Below are positions 61,777 to 64,000 of a stretch of DNA of 64,000 bases, piece after piece. Both the position numbers and the translations under genes were made by a program. Below the pieces are notes generated by a model, which was given only the letters and a program-made list of their open reading frames with translations, made no database searches and was not told the origin of the DNA. Numbering within the stretch: position 1 is the stretch's first letter; the number at the start of each line of letters is the position of its first letter. The stretch comes from an uncultured delta proteobacterium. GTDB taxonomy: Bacteria; Desulfobacterota; BSN033; UBA1163. Location: contig CAWHBU010000003.1 of NCBI GenBank assembly GCA_963827685.1, positions 256,001 to 320,000 of the forward strand, given 5' to 3'.

Positions 61777-62858
61777 TGGAAAATTCTCTTTACGAAGAAC
61801 GTTTAAAATCTGTTCGGAAGATCATGGATTTGAATCAACTGGACGGAATCCTTTTCAGCAGTCTTGAAAATATTCGCTACCTTTGTGGTTTCACTGGCAG
61901 TGATGGTGCCTTCGTGATCACCCAAAAGGAATGCTTCTTTCTTACAGACTCTCGATATTGGACCCAATCCGAAGAGGAGGTTCGGGAATCTCAGATCGTC
62001 CATTATAAAAAGAAAATGGAGGGGATTAACTCTCTCCTAACAGACTTAGAATTAAGAAAGATAGGGTTTGAATCTACTTCCTTTCCTTTCTCAGCCCATC
62101 AGTTCCTTACAGAAAGGTTGGCTTCTGATGCAAAGCTTGTCCCTTTAGAGGACGAGACCAAAAATATAAGGGCCCTCAAAGATAGACGAGAACTGGCTTT
62201 GCTCCGAACCTCCATCGAGATCGCATCCAATGCCTTCCTTCACGTCCTGGAATTACTTAAAGAAGGTGCGCTGGAGAGAGAGATCGCTCTTGAGATGGAG
62301 TGGTTGATGAAGCGGAAAGGTGCTGACGCCCTTGGATTTGATATCATCATCGCCTCTGGGAAACGATCGGCTCTCCCCCATGGAAAGGCAAGTGGCAAAC
62401 AAATCGAAAGAGGGGATTTTATCCTGATCGATTTCGGCGCAGGATTTCAAGGTTACCATTCCGATCAGACACGCACGGTGATCTGTGGCAACCCCTCTTC
62501 AGAACAGCAAAAAATCTATCAAATCGTCAAAGAAGCTCACGATCAAGCGATTGAGAAGATTCGGCCGGGCATCCCCATTTGTGAGGTGGATGGAGCAGCA
62601 AGGGATCACATTCGAAATCACGGCTACGGAGAATATTTTGGTCACGGAACAGGTCACGGTATAGGGCTTGCCGTCCATGAGGCTCCTGTGGTCAACAGTG
62701 AAAACAAGGGGCTCGTTGAGGAAGGAATGGTGTTTACGATAGAGCCTGGCATTTATATACCTGATTGGGGAGGAGTTCGAATAGAGGATATGGTTCTCGT
62801 TACCCCCCACGGGGCAGAAGTATTAACTTATCTTCCTGGTCAAGTGACGGTGATCTAA
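61776..62858 (+). CDS. Xaa-Pro aminopeptidase (M24 family)
   Basis: TDSRY, ALPHG, SDQTRT, HGTGHGIGLAVHE, TIEPG, GVRIED. Confidence 0.94.
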   Translation: MENSLYEERLKSVRKIMDLNQLDGILFSSLENIRYLCGFTGSDGAFVITQKECFFLTDSRYWTQSEEEVRESQIVHYKKKMEGINSLLTDLELRKIGFESTSFPFSAHQFLTERLASDAKLVPLEDETKNIRALKDRRELALLRTSIEIASNAFLHVLELLKEGALEREIALEMEWLMKRKGADALGFDIIIASGKRSALPHGKASGKQIERGDFILIDFGAGFQGYHSDQTRTVICGNPSSEQQKIYQIVKEAHDQAIEKIRPGIPICEVDGAARDHIRNHGYGEYFGHGTGHGIGLAVHEAPVVNSENKGLVEEGMVFTIEPGIYIPDWGGVRIEDMVLVTPHGAEVLTYLPGQVTVI

Positions 62859-63011
62859 AGAGGTCTCTTTGAGAGACCTCTGATTTTGAAATCTGTGTAA
62901 TCAAAAGAACGCATAGTAGTGGTTTAAGCTCTCTTAAAAATTCCCTTGACAAGTCTCAATCGTTTCTTATATTTTGAATTTTGAGTATTGATTGATTTTA
63001 GAAAGGATGAG

Positions 63012-63087
63012 GCGGGCATAGCTCAGTTGGTAGAGCATCGGCTTCCCAAGCCGAGGGTCGCGGGTCCGAACCCCGTTGCCCGCTCCA
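63012..63087 (+). tRNA. tRNA-Gly (CCC)
   Basis: GCGGGCATAGCTCAG...TTCCCAA...TGCCCGCTCCA cloverleaf; T-loop reads TCCGAAC. Confidence 0.93.
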
Positions 63088-63286
63088 AATTTTTTCTGAG
63101 CAATCTTTCATGACGGTTACGTCACCCTTGAACAAAGAAAATTCAAATCCCCCCTCGCCCCCTTTAGAAAAGGGGGGTTGGGGGGATTTGAAACTTATTT
63201 TCTGAGCGAGTGATTTTGTGCTTGCTTTTTAGAAACTATTTTGTATACTTAATACCTAAATCACTTCAGAAGGAGGAGGAAAGAAT

Positions 63287-63589
63287 ATGGCAGGAAAGAA
63301 ACCCCTTACTAAGGCCCAAATCGTTTCATATTTTGCGAAGAAGTTCGACCTTTCAAAAAAGGTCGCTTCCTCAGTCATTGACGAGATGGCAGCATTAGCC
63401 ATCGCCGAAACCAAAAAGGCAGGTGTCTTCACCTTTCCCGGGGTCGGCAAACTCGTCCTGGTTAGACGTAAAGCACGCGTCGGAAGAAATCCGGCCACGG
63501 GCGAGCCGATCAATATCCCAGCCAAGACCGTAGTGAAGATGCGTGTCGCTAAGGCTTGCAAGGAAGCGATCGTTCCACCCAAAAAATAA
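63287..63589 (+). CDS. HU/IHF family DNA-binding protein
   Basis: ARVGRNPATGEPINIPAK. Confidence 0.93.
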   Translation: MAGKKPLTKAQIVSYFAKKFDLSKKVASSVIDEMAALAIAETKKAGVFTFPGVGKLVLVRRKARVGRNPATGEPINIPAKTVVKMRVAKACKEAIVPPKK

Positions 63590-63689
63590 ATATATTAAAC
63601 TGGACACAAGCGAGCTGAATTGAGGACTCTTCTGTAGAAAGGGATTTCTATATCCATAATTCTATGGATATTTGAATCTTACTGACAAA

Positions 63690-63725
63690 TTTACAGCGGG
63701 GACGAATTTGTTTCCCCGCTGTAAA
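63690..63725. terminator. hairpin between convergent genes
   Basis: TTTACAGCGGGGA...TCCCCGCTGTAAA. Confidence 0.65.
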
Positions 63726-63836
63726 AGGTTCTAATGGGAAGAACCTTTCTTTCTTCCGACTTTGAGAGAGCGTGTATGCGTGCGGGCCGGGCATTCGACT
63801 GATAAGGGTCCCTCGATCAAATCTTTATTGATCTCT

Positions 63837-64000
63837 TCATTCATAAATCAGATTAAAAAGTTTGTTAGCCAGCTCCTTATCCAGTTCCTTCAGAATTTTA
63901 TATTCCTCGATAGCAGATCCCCTGTCATCCAGCTTCAAATAGGACATGCCCAAGTTGAGATGGGCTTCAGCCAAGGAAGGCTTCAGCCGGACGGCCTGCT
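63837..64000 (-). CDS. TPR protein, C-terminal end only
   Basis: Hand translation QAVRLKPSLAEAHLNLGMSYL...LANKLFNLIYE*. Confidence 0.75.
   Translation of the reverse strand, partial: QAVRLKPSLAEAHLNLGMSYLKLDDRGSAIEEYKILKELDKELANKLFNLIYE

Overview
A 64-kb chromosomal segment whose gene content suggests a deltaproteobacterial (Desulfobacterota-like) genome. The taxon is inferred from gene order only. Core blocks: purC, a CDP-alcohol phosphatidyltransferase gene, the long minus-strand run apgM-pyrG-kdsD-lptC-lptA-lptB-rpoN-hpf-ptsN-hprK-rapZ-IIA-ptsH-ptsI-metK-ahcY-ispG, a BirA-boxed bioF-bioA-bioD operon, purA, serA, a class V aminotransferase, an M24 peptidase, HU, and tRNA-Glu, tRNA-Lys and tRNA-Gly. 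About 36.1-56.55 kb is an accessory island downstream of tRNA-Glu, with two att-like tRNA remnants and no visible integrase. It holds two IS1182-family elements, gene debris, lipoprotein paralogs and candidate defence genes. An IS630 sits at 11.2-12.3 kb. The best leads are five. (1) An AT-rich cassette of two ComEC-type metallo-beta-lactamase genes plus a multi-pass membrane protein. (2) A family of GGG(N)C(A/G)GGTC...GACCC palindromic sites that delimit island modules, with one gene-plus-site unit present twice in circularly permuted order. (3) A 61-bp bipartite motif present three times with an invariant 32-nt spacer. (4) A two-copy ~250-bp MITE with 3-bp target duplications and a covarying, RNA-like structured core. 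(5) Many small palindromes, some inserted in frame in proteins. Four +1 homopolymer frameshifts (RRM gene, metK, rpoN, bioF) look like sequencing errors. All family assignments come from motif recognition by eye; no database search was run.
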